The notes: generated from the sequence alone by a model not told the origin. 32,000 bases of DNA from Mucisphaera calidilacus (GCF_007748075.1 NZ_CP036280.1:1290001-1322000), one strand, 5' to 3'. Positions 7,077 through 15,374 are shown, counted from the first letter of the stretch. Numbers and translations: made by a program.

Positions 7077-8534
7077 TTATTTGCCGCGTTTGGCGGCGGC
7101 GTCGGCAAAGAGCTTGCGTGCCTCGCCGGCGAGGTAGAAGCTGCCGGTGACGACGATGAGGTCGTCGCGGCTGACCGCGCGTCCGGCGAGTTTGATGGCG
7201 TCGGCGAGCTTGTCGGTGGTCTGGGCCATCTTGCCCGAGAGAGCGCCGAACTTGGTGAGCAGGTCGTCCGGTTCGACCGCGCGGGGGTTGCCCTTGGCGC
7301 GGGTGAAGATGAGCTTGTCGGCCCCGAGCGACAGTTCCTTGAGCATGCCGTTGACGTCCTTGTCGAGACCGGTGCCGAAGATGATCACGAGGGAGTCATA
7401 GTTGATGTGGGCGCCGAGGGACTTGATAAGGGCCTGGATCGAGGCGGCGTTGTGGGCGCCGTCGATGATCACGCGTGGCTGGGACCAGACCTGCTCCATG
7501 CGTCCTGCGATGGTGGTCTCGGCGAGGCCGCGGACGACGTGTTCCTCGGCCATGGCGAAGCCGTGGCTCTTGAGGCTGTCGAGCAGGGCGAGGGCGAGGC
7601 CGCAGTTGTGGGCCTGGTGCTCACCGGGCAGGGGCACGGCGAGGTGGTCGAACTGGGACTCGTTGGTGGCGAGGCAGACGCGGGTGTGTGGGCCGAGTTC
7701 GCGGCTGGCCTCGAAGCGGTAGGAGAAGTCGACGTCTTTGCCGTTGAACTTGAGGGGGCAGCCAACCTCCTCGGCGACTTCCTTGAGCACGGCGGCGACC
7801 TCGGGCGGCTGGTCGACGCTGAAGGCGGGGACGCCCTTCTTGAAGATGCCGGCCTTCTCGCGAGCGATGGAGGGCAGGTCGTCGCCAAGCCACTGGGTGT
7901 GGTCGAGCGAGATCTGGGTGACCCCTGTGGCGATGGGGTTGACGGCGGTGACGCAGTCGAGGCGTCCGCCGAGTCCGGTTTCGAGGACGGCGACGTCGAC
8001 AGCCTGCTCCGCGAAGTAGAGCAGGGCAGCTGCGGTCATGATCTCGAAGAAGGTGGGACCGGGTTCGCCAAATTTGTCTTCGACGGAGGCGATCTGCTTG
8101 AACAGCTCGGCCATGTCGTTGTAGCTGATCAGGCTGCGGTTGATGGTGATCCGCTCGCGGAGGTCGACGAGGTGGGGGCTGGTGTAGAGACCGGTGGTGA
8201 ATCCGTTGGCCTCGAGCATGCTCGAGAGCATGGCGCAGGTGGATCCTTTGCCCTTGGTGCCGGCGATCTGGACGGCCTTGAGCTGCTCGTGGGGGTTGCC
8301 CAGGAGGTCGAGGAGCTTGCGCATCCGATCAAGGCTGAAGGTCTTGTCGTCGTACTTGACCAGCCGCAGGCGTTCGTGGTCGGTGTGCTCGTAGAGCCAC
8401 TTGAGGCCGGTCGTGTAGTTGGTGATCGACGACGCGGTCATGCGGGGTTTTGAGGCGCCGGCGCGTGAGGGCGAACTCTTGCGAGGGCGGGTCCCGGTAG
8501 ATTTCGAGGTGGATCGGGTCTTGGTGGTGGGCAT
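7077..8534 (-). CDS. folC: bifunctional folylpolyglutamate synthase / dihydrofolate synthase
   Basis: Mur-ligase P-loop VQIAGTKGKGSTCAMLSSML plus LYTSPHLVDLRERI. It has a 31-aa S/T/K/R/P-rich N-terminal extension; an alternative start is M32 at 8441. Confidence 0.9.
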   Translation of the reverse strand: MPTTKTRSTSKSTGTRPRKSSPSRAGASKPRMTASSITNYTTGLKWLYEHTDHERLRLVKYDDKTFSLDRMRKLLDLLGNPHEQLKAVQIAGTKGKGSTCAMLSSMLEANGFTTGLYTSPHLVDLRERITINRSLISYNDMAELFKQIASVEDKFGEPGPTFFEIMTAAALLYFAEQAVDVAVLETGLGGRLDCVTAVNPIATGVTQISLDHTQWLGDDLPSIAREKAGIFKKGVPAFSVDQPPEVAAVLKEVAEEVGCPLKFNGKDVDFSYRFEASRELGPHTRVCLATNESQFDHLAVPLPGEHQAHNCGLALALLDSLKSHGFAMAEEHVVRGLAETTIAGRMEQVWSQPRVIIDGAHNAASIQALIKSLGAHINYDSLVIIFGTGLDKDVNGMLKELSLGADKLIFTRAKGNPRAVEPDDLLTKFGALSGKMAQTTDKLADAIKLAGRAVSRDDLIVVTGSFYLAGEARKLFADAAAKRGK

Positions 8535-8540
8535 CGCGCT

Positions 8541-8569
8541 ATTGTAACAATTCCTGGGGGATATGGCAA
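8541..8569 (-). promoter_or_regulatory. sigma70-type promoter of folC (TTGCCA-17 nt-TACAAT)
   Basis: On the minus strand TTGCCA is at 8569..8564, followed by a 17-nt spacer and TACAAT at 8546..8541. Only 6 nt (AGCGCG) separate it from the folC ATG at 8534. An AT-rich UP-like tract lies immediately upstream. Confidence 0.5.
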
Positions 8570-8683
8570 AGTCGAGATTATAAATAACGTTCTGTAAACG
8601 AATAATCTCAAAAATAGAGTTTTATATAATATACTGTCCGCGTCGTTGGTGTGTGAGTTTTACGCTCAGATGCGTTGAGGGGT

Positions 8684-10102
8684 TCAGAGCGCAAGGCCGT
8701 TTTCAGCGGTGATGACTTCGAGGCCGCCGAGGAAAGGCCGGAGCGGCTCGGGGACCGTGACGGAGCCGTCTTCGTTCTGGTAGAGCTCGAGGATGGGGAT
8801 GAGGATGCGTGGCGAGGCGCAGACGGTGTTGTTGAGCGAGTAGCAGAAGCGCGTGGCCTTGCCCTTGGCGTCTTCGGGATCGCGGTAGCGGAGGTTGAGC
8901 CTGCGGCACTGGTAGTCGCCGAGGAGCGATGCGGAGTGGGTTTCGCCGTAGGCCCCGAGGGGCTTGCCGTCGGCGTCTTCGGGGCCGCGTGAGGGCATCC
9001 ATGTCTCGACGTCGACCTGGTCGATTTTGGAGGCTCCCATGTCGCCGGTGCAGACCTGAAGCAGGCGGTAGGGGAGCTGGAGTTTCTGCATGAAGGACTG
9101 GACGTAGCCGATCATGGTGCGGTGCCAGTTGATGGCGGTGTCGAGGTCAGCTTCGCAGAGGACGACCTGCTCGACCTTATCGAACTGGTGGATGCGGTAG
9201 AGGCCTGCGGTGTCCTTGCCCGCTGAGCCTGCTTCGCGTCGGAAGCAGGTGGAGAGGGTGGTGTAGCGTCGTGGGACGGACTCGGCGGGGAGGATCTGGT
9301 CCTGGTGATAGCCCATGAGGCCGACTTCGCCGGTGCCGGTGAGGTAGAGGTCGTGGCCGCCGCCGCGCCGGGTTTCGCCGATTTCGTAGGCCTGGTCTTT
9401 TTCGCCGGGGAAGAACCCGGTGCCGGTCATGACGTGGTCACGGACGAGGACGGGTACGGACATGGCGGTGAAGCCGTTTTCAACGGTCATGAAGGTGAGG
9501 GCGGCCTGGAGGACGGCGTTGTGGAGGAGCATGCCGGCGCCGGTGAGGACGTAGGAGCGTGAGCCGGCCATGGCGACGCCTCGCTCGAAGTTGAAGAGGC
9601 CGAGTTCCTGCCCGAGTTGGAGGTGGGATTTCGGTTCGAAGCCCTTGTTCTGGGCGAAGGGCTTGTCGGGGTCGAACCAGTCGGGGCTCCAGCGGCTCAT
9701 CTCGACGTTGCCGGCCTCGTCGGGTGCGACGGGCACGTGGGGTGCCGCGGGCTGGGGGACTCGGAGCAGGAGGGTGTCGCGCTGCTGCTGGAGGGTGGCG
9801 AGTGTCTGTTCGAGTTCGGCTTCCTCGGCCTTGATCTGGTTGGGGCGCTGCTGCAGGTTCTGCATCTCCTGCTGGAGCTGAGTTTTGGTCTCGCCCTCGG
9901 CTTTCTTGAGCTGACCGGCGACGCGTCCGATGTCTTTACCGATGCGGTTCTTTTCGGCGGCGAGATCCTGCTGGCTTGTCATGGCCTGCCTGAGTTTCTC
10001 GTCGGCGGCGATGAGCGCGTCGATGTCGACGTCGATGTGCTTGTCGGCGGCGGCCTGTCGGTATTTCTCAGGATTCTGTCGCAGGTCACGGATGTCGATC
10101 AT
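8684..10102 (-). CDS. serS: seryl-tRNA synthetase
   Basis: The N-terminus MIDIRDLRQNPEKYRQAAADK is canonical for SerS (coiled-coil arm). Class II motifs include FRREAGSAGKDTAGLYRIHQFDKVE. The track ORF starts 9 nt earlier at GTG 10111; I prefer ATG 10102. Confidence 0.92.
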   Translation of the reverse strand: MIDIRDLRQNPEKYRQAAADKHIDVDIDALIAADEKLRQAMTSQQDLAAEKNRIGKDIGRVAGQLKKAEGETKTQLQQEMQNLQQRPNQIKAEEAELEQTLATLQQQRDTLLLRVPQPAAPHVPVAPDEAGNVEMSRWSPDWFDPDKPFAQNKGFEPKSHLQLGQELGLFNFERGVAMAGSRSYVLTGAGMLLHNAVLQAALTFMTVENGFTAMSVPVLVRDHVMTGTGFFPGEKDQAYEIGETRRGGGHDLYLTGTGEVGLMGYHQDQILPAESVPRRYTTLSTCFRREAGSAGKDTAGLYRIHQFDKVEQVVLCEADLDTAINWHRTMIGYVQSFMQKLQLPYRLLQVCTGDMGASKIDQVDVETWMPSRGPEDADGKPLGAYGETHSASLLGDYQCRRLNLRYRDPEDAKGKATRFCYSLNNTVCASPRILIPILELYQNEDGSVTVPEPLRPFLGGLEVITAENGLAL

Positions 10103-10246
10103 GGGAGGCACTCATCGATTGAACTTGGTGGCGGTTGCGGGGCGTTGCTGCGATCCGAACGTCGGGTCGGGTCGTATGAAGATACAGGGGTCGTCTCGGT
10201 TTAGGTGACGTTATAGTGCCGAAGTGGCAGACCGGGTGCTGAGGGA

Positions 10247-12496
10247 GTGACCGTGACCGTTGTGACAAGCTCAAGCGCGTTCAGAGGATGGCGAGGCGTG
10301 CTGTGTGCGTTGGCGGTGGTCGTCGGGCTGGCAGGCGGTGCGGTGCTGGCGCAGGAAGCGTCGGAGCGTGCCCCGGAGGCATCGGATCCGGCTGATGAGG
10401 TTCGTGAAGCGGTGGTGTTGCCGGAGCCGGAACGTCCCGAGGTCAGTGATCCGCTGGATTCTCTTTATGGTCAGCTGACGAATCCGGAGGGCAACGGTTC
10501 AGTGATCCGGGCGCTGGACGTCCTGATTGACTTGAGGCGGCCGGTGGATGGCCGGTTTCTGCCGGTGTTGCTCGAGCGTTCGCTGGACGCGAACCGCGAG
10601 GTTGCCTTGCGAGCGCGGCTGACGCTGCTGACGGCGGAGGCTGATGCGGTTCAGGCTTTTTATGCGAGCGAGGCCGCTGACGCCTCTCAGAGTGTTGGTC
10701 GTCGGGTGACGGCGGTGCGGCTGTTGTCGGACGTGATGAACCGTGGGTCGGTGTCGCTGCTGGTTGATCTGGCGCGGGGTGATGAGTCGGCACGGGTGCG
10801 TGCCGAGGCGCTGCGTCGGTTGCAGGTGATGCTGTCGGTGTTTCTGGGCGATGAGCCGGATCTGGTGGCGATTTCGGGCTGGTGGGCCGAGGCTCAGGGC
10901 TGGGATGATGGTGCGTGGGATGAGGTGGAGCGGGATTGGTCGCTGGCGGCGGCGCGTCGTCAGTCGGTGTCGATGCAGGTTTCGATGGATCGTCTGACGG
11001 CGGCGGCGCGTCGGAACTACCGGCTGTTGACGGGGGACGAGCGGGCGTCGCTGCTGGTGTCCTATCTGACCGATCCGGAGCCGATTCTTCAGCAGTTGGG
11101 GATCGATCTGGTGCTGCAGCGGCTGGAGGAACGTGAGGCGGTGAGTTCGCCGATGCGTGGAGCGCTGCGTCGGATGATCCGGTCGCCACGCCCGGAATTG
11201 CGTGAGCGTTCGATCGCTGTGCTGCTGGGGCTTGATGACGACGAGGCCGCTGACCTGGTGGCGGGCCGCCTGTCGGCGGGGAACGAGGGTGATCCCGAGG
11301 TTCTGGCGGCGATGATGCGGATGCTGGCGCGTAAGCCGCGCGGCGAAGCGGTGGGGGTGCTGGCGGGTTGGGTTGGTGATCCCGCGCTCGGTGCCCAGGC
11401 GGTTGAGGCGCTGCGCGCGAGTGCGGCGCAGGGGCTGGTCGCGGGTGACGTGGCGAGTGCCATTCGTGATCGACTGCTGGGTTTACAGGCAGAGCGGCGA
11501 CTGAGTGTGGATGAGATGCGGCTGTTCGGGGAGGTCGTGACCGAGGCGGATGAGGCTGTTGTGCACAACTGGCTGAGCGACGATCGTGATTCGGCGCGGC
11601 TGCAGGCTGTGCGATTGTGGCAAGAGCAACCCGGCTGGTCGCTGGAGCCGTTGGTGGCGTTGCTGGATGATGCTATGGTCGGTGTTGCGGTGCGGGAGGT
11701 GCTGGCGGGGCATCGTGACGCGAAGCGTGTTGCGGAGGCGGTGCTGGGGCGTAACCGTGGCGACGAGCTGGCGACGGAGGTATTGAGGGCCGTGTCGCCG
11801 AGGCTGGGCGGCGGGATGCTGCTTCATGTTGATGATGTGTTGGCGGGATGGTCGTCGGGGCGTGCTGTTCGGATCGAGGTGCTGTCGTCGGGTTTGGAGG
11901 GGCGGGATGCTCAACTGGCTGGCGTTCGCGTCCGGCTGGGCGAGTTGTACATCGCGGAGGGGCGCGAGGCTGAGGCGAGTGTGTGCCTGGAGCGGCTGAT
12001 AGCTGATGGGGGCGCGCGTGGTGAGGTGTACGAGCAGGGGTTAGCGCTGGGCGTGATGGCGGCGGCACGGTCGGATCGTGAGGAAGCTCTCAGGGGCTTT
12101 GGGGAGGCCTTGCTGGCAGGTGATGAGGCGGGGTTGGATGAGCGACGGATGGTTCTGGCGGGGTTGGCGGAGCAGTTGCTTGGGGAGATGTTGGCTTTGA
12201 ATGAGTTTGAGCGGGCAACGGGTGTTGAGCGGGTGCTGATGGGGGTGCTGGGCGAGGCGAGGAGTGATGCTGAGCGTGCGGTGTATGCGAGGCTGGCGTC
12301 GATGATGGAGCGGGTGTCGGGGGAGGCTGAGCCGGAGCCTGCTCAACAGAATGAGGTCGTTGAAAAAACGGCGTCTACGGAAGCGGAAGCGGAGGGCACG
12401 GGTGCTGAGGTCAAAGCGGAGGTGCCCAGGCAGGAGGTCGTGGAAACAGAGGGAGCCGAGGCGGAAGCGGGCGAGGGTGCGGATGTGTCGGGGTGA
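10247..12496 (+). CDS. exported or membrane-anchored alpha-solenoid (HEAT/ARM-like) repeat protein with acidic E/A-rich tail
   Basis: GTG start (alternative GTG at 10253) after GAGGGAG. N-terminal hydrophobic segment VLCALAVVVGLAGGAVLAQEA. Long L/A/R-rich helical repeats follow. The C-terminal about 60 aa are E/A/G-rich. No catalytic motif recognised. Confidence 0.7.
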   Translation: MTVTVVTSSSAFRGWRGVLCALAVVVGLAGGAVLAQEASERAPEASDPADEVREAVVLPEPERPEVSDPLDSLYGQLTNPEGNGSVIRALDVLIDLRRPVDGRFLPVLLERSLDANREVALRARLTLLTAEADAVQAFYASEAADASQSVGRRVTAVRLLSDVMNRGSVSLLVDLARGDESARVRAEALRRLQVMLSVFLGDEPDLVAISGWWAEAQGWDDGAWDEVERDWSLAAARRQSVSMQVSMDRLTAAARRNYRLLTGDERASLLVSYLTDPEPILQQLGIDLVLQRLEEREAVSSPMRGALRRMIRSPRPELRERSIAVLLGLDDDEAADLVAGRLSAGNEGDPEVLAAMMRMLARKPRGEAVGVLAGWVGDPALGAQAVEALRASAAQGLVAGDVASAIRDRLLGLQAERRLSVDEMRLFGEVVTEADEAVVHNWLSDDRDSARLQAVRLWQEQPGWSLEPLVALLDDAMVGVAVREVLAGHRDAKRVAEAVLGRNRGDELATEVLRAVSPRLGGGMLLHVDDVLAGWSSGRAVRIEVLSSGLEGRDAQLAGVRVRLGELYIAEGREAEASVCLERLIADGGARGEVYEQGLALGVMAAARSDREEALRGFGEALLAGDEAGLDERRMVLAGLAEQLLGEMLALNEFERATGVERVLMGVLGEARSDAERAVYARLASMMERVSGEAEPEPAQQNEVVEKTASTEAEAEGTGAEVKAEVPRQEVVETEGAEAEAGEGADVSG

Positions 12497-12565
12497 GTGG
12501 TGGCAATTGTGGTTGACCCTGCCATAATGAAGAACTCGATCCTTTTTGGTGCAGGAGTAGTTTCG

Positions 12566-13129
12566 ATGGCAGACGTGATACGTGGCAAGGCGTTCGTGCT
12601 CGGTGACGACATCGATACGGACCAGATCATTCCGGCCCAGTACCTGGCGTACAACCCCTCGATTCCTGAGGAGCGTCAGTATTTCGGGATGTATGCGAAC
12701 GTCGGCGTGCCGCCCGCTCAGAGCGGTCTGCCCGAGGGGAATCTGCGTTTTGTGCCGGAGGGCGCGTTCAAGAGCGAGTATTCGATCGTCATCGGTGGCA
12801 AGAACTTCGGTTGCGGGTCGTCGCGAGAGCACGCGCCGCTGGCGCTGGCTGAGGCGGGCGTGGTCGCGGTGGTGGCGGAGTTTTATGCGAGGATCTTTTA
12901 TCGCAACTGCGTGAACGGCGGGTACTGCCTGCCCTTGGAGACGCAGCAGCGGCTGGTGGAAGAGATCCGGACCGGCGATGAGGTGGAGATCGATGTGGCG
13001 GGCGGGACGCTCAAGAACGTGAGTTCGGGCAAGACGTATCCGCTTAATCCGCTGGGCGACGCGAAGCCGATTATCGATGCGGGCGGTGTTTTTGCCTACG
13101 CGCGGTCCTCTGGGATGCTTGACGGCTGA
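12566..13129 (+). CDS. leuD: 3-isopropylmalate (or homoaconitate) dehydratase small subunit, LeuD type 2
   Basis: MADVIRGKAFVLGDDIDTDQIIPAQYL and GKNFGCGSSREHAPLAL are aconitase swivel-domain hallmarks. GCAGGAG lies 8 nt upstream of ATG 12566. The track start at 12497 adds a non-conserved 23 aa. Confidence 0.85.
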   Translation: MADVIRGKAFVLGDDIDTDQIIPAQYLAYNPSIPEERQYFGMYANVGVPPAQSGLPEGNLRFVPEGAFKSEYSIVIGGKNFGCGSSREHAPLALAEAGVVAVVAEFYARIFYRNCVNGGYCLPLETQQRLVEEIRTGDEVEIDVAGGTLKNVSSGKTYPLNPLGDAKPIIDAGGVFAYARSSGMLDG

Positions 13130-13150
13130 ACAGGCGGCTACAGTGGCTGC

Positions 13151-13720
13151 ATGGATAATCATTACCTGAAATCGAAGTTTGAGACGGGGCTGGATTACGC
13201 GGACTACCTGGCGCAGGGGACCGACGCGCAGCGGTCGTCGTGGCGAGACGTGTACGATCGGGTCACGCTGACGGAGACCCAGCAGTCGCTTCTGGGCGGG
13301 TTTGTGCGTGAGGTCAAGGCGTTGGTGGTCTCGGGGATCTGGTGCGGTGACTGCGTGCAGCAGATGCCGATCGTGCAGCGGATCGCTGAGGCGTCGGGCG
13401 GGAAGATTGAGCTGCGGTGGTTCGACCGTGACGAGCATGCGGATCTGCAGGAGCGGGTGCGGATCAACGCCGGGAATCGTGTGCCGGTGGTGATTTTTGC
13501 GGCGGAGGATTACGAGCCGGTGGGGTGGTTCGGAGACAAGACGCTGGCGCGGTACCGGGCGTTGGCGGCGGCACAACTGGGTGCGGGGTGTCCGCTGCCG
13601 GGCGCGGCGGTGCCTGAGTCGGAGTTGGCTGCGGTGACGTCGGAGTGGGTGGACCAGTTCGAGCGAGTGCACCTGATTCTGCGTCTGAGCGGGCGTCTGC
13701 GTCAGCGTCATGGGGATTGA
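13151..13720 (+). CDS. thioredoxin-fold protein with CGDC redox motif
   Basis: The pattern LVVSGIWCGDCVQQMPIV ... NRVPVVIFA fits a thioredoxin-like fold with a CxxC active site. Confidence 0.75.
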   Translation: MDNHYLKSKFETGLDYADYLAQGTDAQRSSWRDVYDRVTLTETQQSLLGGFVREVKALVVSGIWCGDCVQQMPIVQRIAEASGGKIELRWFDRDEHADLQERVRINAGNRVPVVIFAAEDYEPVGWFGDKTLARYRALAAAQLGAGCPLPGAAVPESELAAVTSEWVDQFERVHLILRLSGRLRQRHGD

Positions 13721-13894
13721 CGCGGAATGGGTCAGCTTGCCCATATTCACAGTGAACCAAGATCAAGCCGTCGGGTTTGCTGGCCGATCGGGGGGTGACT
13801 AAGGTACTGAGCTCGCCGGGTTTCCCGGGTTGGGGATCATGGTTGAGCGTATCACTGCAAGTTCTTTTAGGGCTTGCGCTTACGGAGCCGAGTC

Positions 13895-14812
13895 GTGGCA
13901 GCCAAGAAGACCGCAAAGGCCGATAAGAAGTCGAAGGCGAAGAAGACGAGCAAGAAGGGTGCGACCCAGAAGGTCAGCGCACCCAAGTCTGCTGCTGGTG
14001 GGAAAAAGGTTGCCAAGAAGACGGTGAAGAAGAAGTCGACGAAGAAGGTTTCCGCTGCGAAGGTGGCGAAGACCACGAAGAAGACGGCCAAGAAGAGCAC
14101 AAAGAAGTCGACGGTGAGCAAGACGACCAAGGCGTCGAAGGCCAAGGCTGCGTCCGGGACGACCAAGAAGAAGGCCCCGACCAAGCCGTCGAAGGCCGCG
14201 GTCAAGGGGGCGGTGACCAAGACGAGGACGGCGAAGAAGTCGGAGTCGGTCAAGAAGTCGGCGGCACCGGCCAAGAAGAGTGTGACGCCCAAGGTGGTGA
14301 AGATCTCGCCGGAGGTTGAGAAGAAGCTCCCGCCGATCAAGAAGCTGGTTTCACCTTTCCGCTCGCCGCCGACGCCTGAGCCGGTGGCCGAGGAGCGTCG
14401 CGAGTGGACGGTTGCGGAGCTGAAGAAGGTCAAGTCGGGGCTGAACAAGAAGGATCTGCAGCAGTTCAGGATGCTGCTGTTGGAGCGTCGTGCCGAGATC
14501 ATCGGGAGTGTGACGGGCATGGAGAGTGCCCGTGCGGACCGTGGCGACGAGACGTCGAACATGCCGCTGCACATGGCGGACGTGGGATCGGAGAACTTCG
14601 AGCAGGAGTTCACGCTGGGGCTGATGGAGTCGGAGCAGCGGCTGCTGGCGGAGATCAACCAAGCGTTGCAGCGGATCGCGGACGGCTACTACGGGGTGTG
14701 CATGGAGAGCGGCAAGCCGATCAATCGTGAGCGTCTGGAGGCGAAGCCGTGGGCGAAGTACACCATCGAGGTCGCGCGGGAGCGTGAGCGTCGCGGGTTG
14801 AGTTCGGGGTGA
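13895..14812 (+). CDS. DksA/TraR-family RNA polymerase-binding protein with about 150-aa lysine-rich histone-H1-like N-terminal region
   Basis: GGAG lies 7 nt upstream of GTG 13895 (the track uses TTG 13874). The N-terminal half is built of AKK/TKK/SKK units. The C-terminal half, LHMADVGSENFEQEFTLGLMESEQRLLAEINQALQRIADGYYGVCMESGKPINRERLEAKPWAKYTIE, aligns by eye to the DksA coiled-coil tip and C-terminal finger. Confidence 0.85.
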   Translation: MAAKKTAKADKKSKAKKTSKKGATQKVSAPKSAAGGKKVAKKTVKKKSTKKVSAAKVAKTTKKTAKKSTKKSTVSKTTKASKAKAASGTTKKKAPTKPSKAAVKGAVTKTRTAKKSESVKKSAAPAKKSVTPKVVKISPEVEKKLPPIKKLVSPFRSPPTPEPVAEERREWTVAELKKVKSGLNKKDLQQFRMLLLERRAEIIGSVTGMESARADRGDETSNMPLHMADVGSENFEQEFTLGLMESEQRLLAEINQALQRIADGYYGVCMESGKPINRERLEAKPWAKYTIEVARERERRGLSSG

Positions 14813-15369
14813 GTTCTCCTCCGCCTGAAAGACCGGGTGTGTTGGGCTGGCTCGTGTTCGCGGGGGTTGCGTTGTCTGTCTTTGCCGCTGACATGGTGTC
14901 GAAGTACTGGGCGTTTGCGACGGTGGCGGGCATTCCGGTTCGGCCTGATCCGTCCTATCCGGGGTCGGGGATTCCGGAGCATGCGTCGATCGCCGTGATC
15001 CCGCACGTGCTGGACCTGCACCTGATCCTGAATCGCGGTGCTGTGTTCGGGATGGGGCAGGGGCAGCAGGGGCTGTTCGTGGTGGTGAGTGTTCTGGCGA
15101 GTCTGTTTATCGTGTGGATGATGTCGGTTTCGTCTCGTCGTGCGTGGTTGATGCACGTCGCGCTGGGTCTGATTCTGGCGGGGGCGCTGGGGAATCTCTA
15201 CGACCGGGTGATGTTTGGCGCGGTGCGTGACCTGTTCTGGATGCTGCCGACGCTGGGGCTATGGCCCTGGATTTTCAATCTGGCCGACGCGGTGCTGATG
15301 ACGGGCGTGGGATTGATCCTGTTGATGTCGTTCCGGGGTGGCCAGCGTGCCGAACCTGCGTCGGCGTGA
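14809..15369 (+). CDS. lspA: lipoprotein signal peptidase (signal peptidase II)
   Basis: LILNRGAVFGMGQG, GALGNLYDRV and WPWIFNLADAVLMTGVGLILL are LspA motifs. The GTG start overlaps the upstream stop (GTGA). Confidence 0.9.
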   Translation: MSSPPPERPGVLGWLVFAGVALSVFAADMVSKYWAFATVAGIPVRPDPSYPGSGIPEHASIAVIPHVLDLHLILNRGAVFGMGQGQQGLFVVVSVLASLFIVWMMSVSSRRAWLMHVALGLILAGALGNLYDRVMFGAVRDLFWMLPTLGLWPWIFNLADAVLMTGVGLILLMSFRGGQRAEPASA

Positions 15370-15374
15370 GACAG

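Noticed and set aside
6906-8453. 515-aa plus-strand ORF covering most of the folC locus
   Set aside because: It lies antisense to a clearly recognisable FolC. The product is a G/E/V/A/D-rich low-complexity string with no motifs, typical of a GC-rich shadow ORF.
8570-8640. AT-rich island as a replication origin or DNA-unwinding element
   Set aside because: There are no DnaA-box-like TTATCCACA motifs or repeated AT-rich 13-mers, and no dnaA or dnaN nearby. Its position directly upstream of a strong promoter explains it more simply.
12497-12565. N-terminal extensions suggested by the ORF track: leuD from 12497, thrC from 16107, the PadR gene from 17624, metY from 22117, the SpoIID gene from 4201
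   Set aside because: In each case a downstream ATG is preceded by a GGAG-type Shine-Dalgarno and gives the canonical family N-terminus or a proper signal peptide. The extensions are non-conserved and overlap promoters or operators.
12041-13750. 569-aa minus-strand ORF
   Set aside because: It is antisense to the end of the HEAT-like gene, leuD and the thioredoxin-fold gene. The composition is R/H/P/L-rich with no domain signature, so it is a shadow ORF.
13867-14658. 263-aa minus-strand ORF rich in F/L/S/A
   Set aside because: It is the complement of the AAG-rich lysine array of the DksA-like gene (AAG reads as CTT). It has no start context or motifs.
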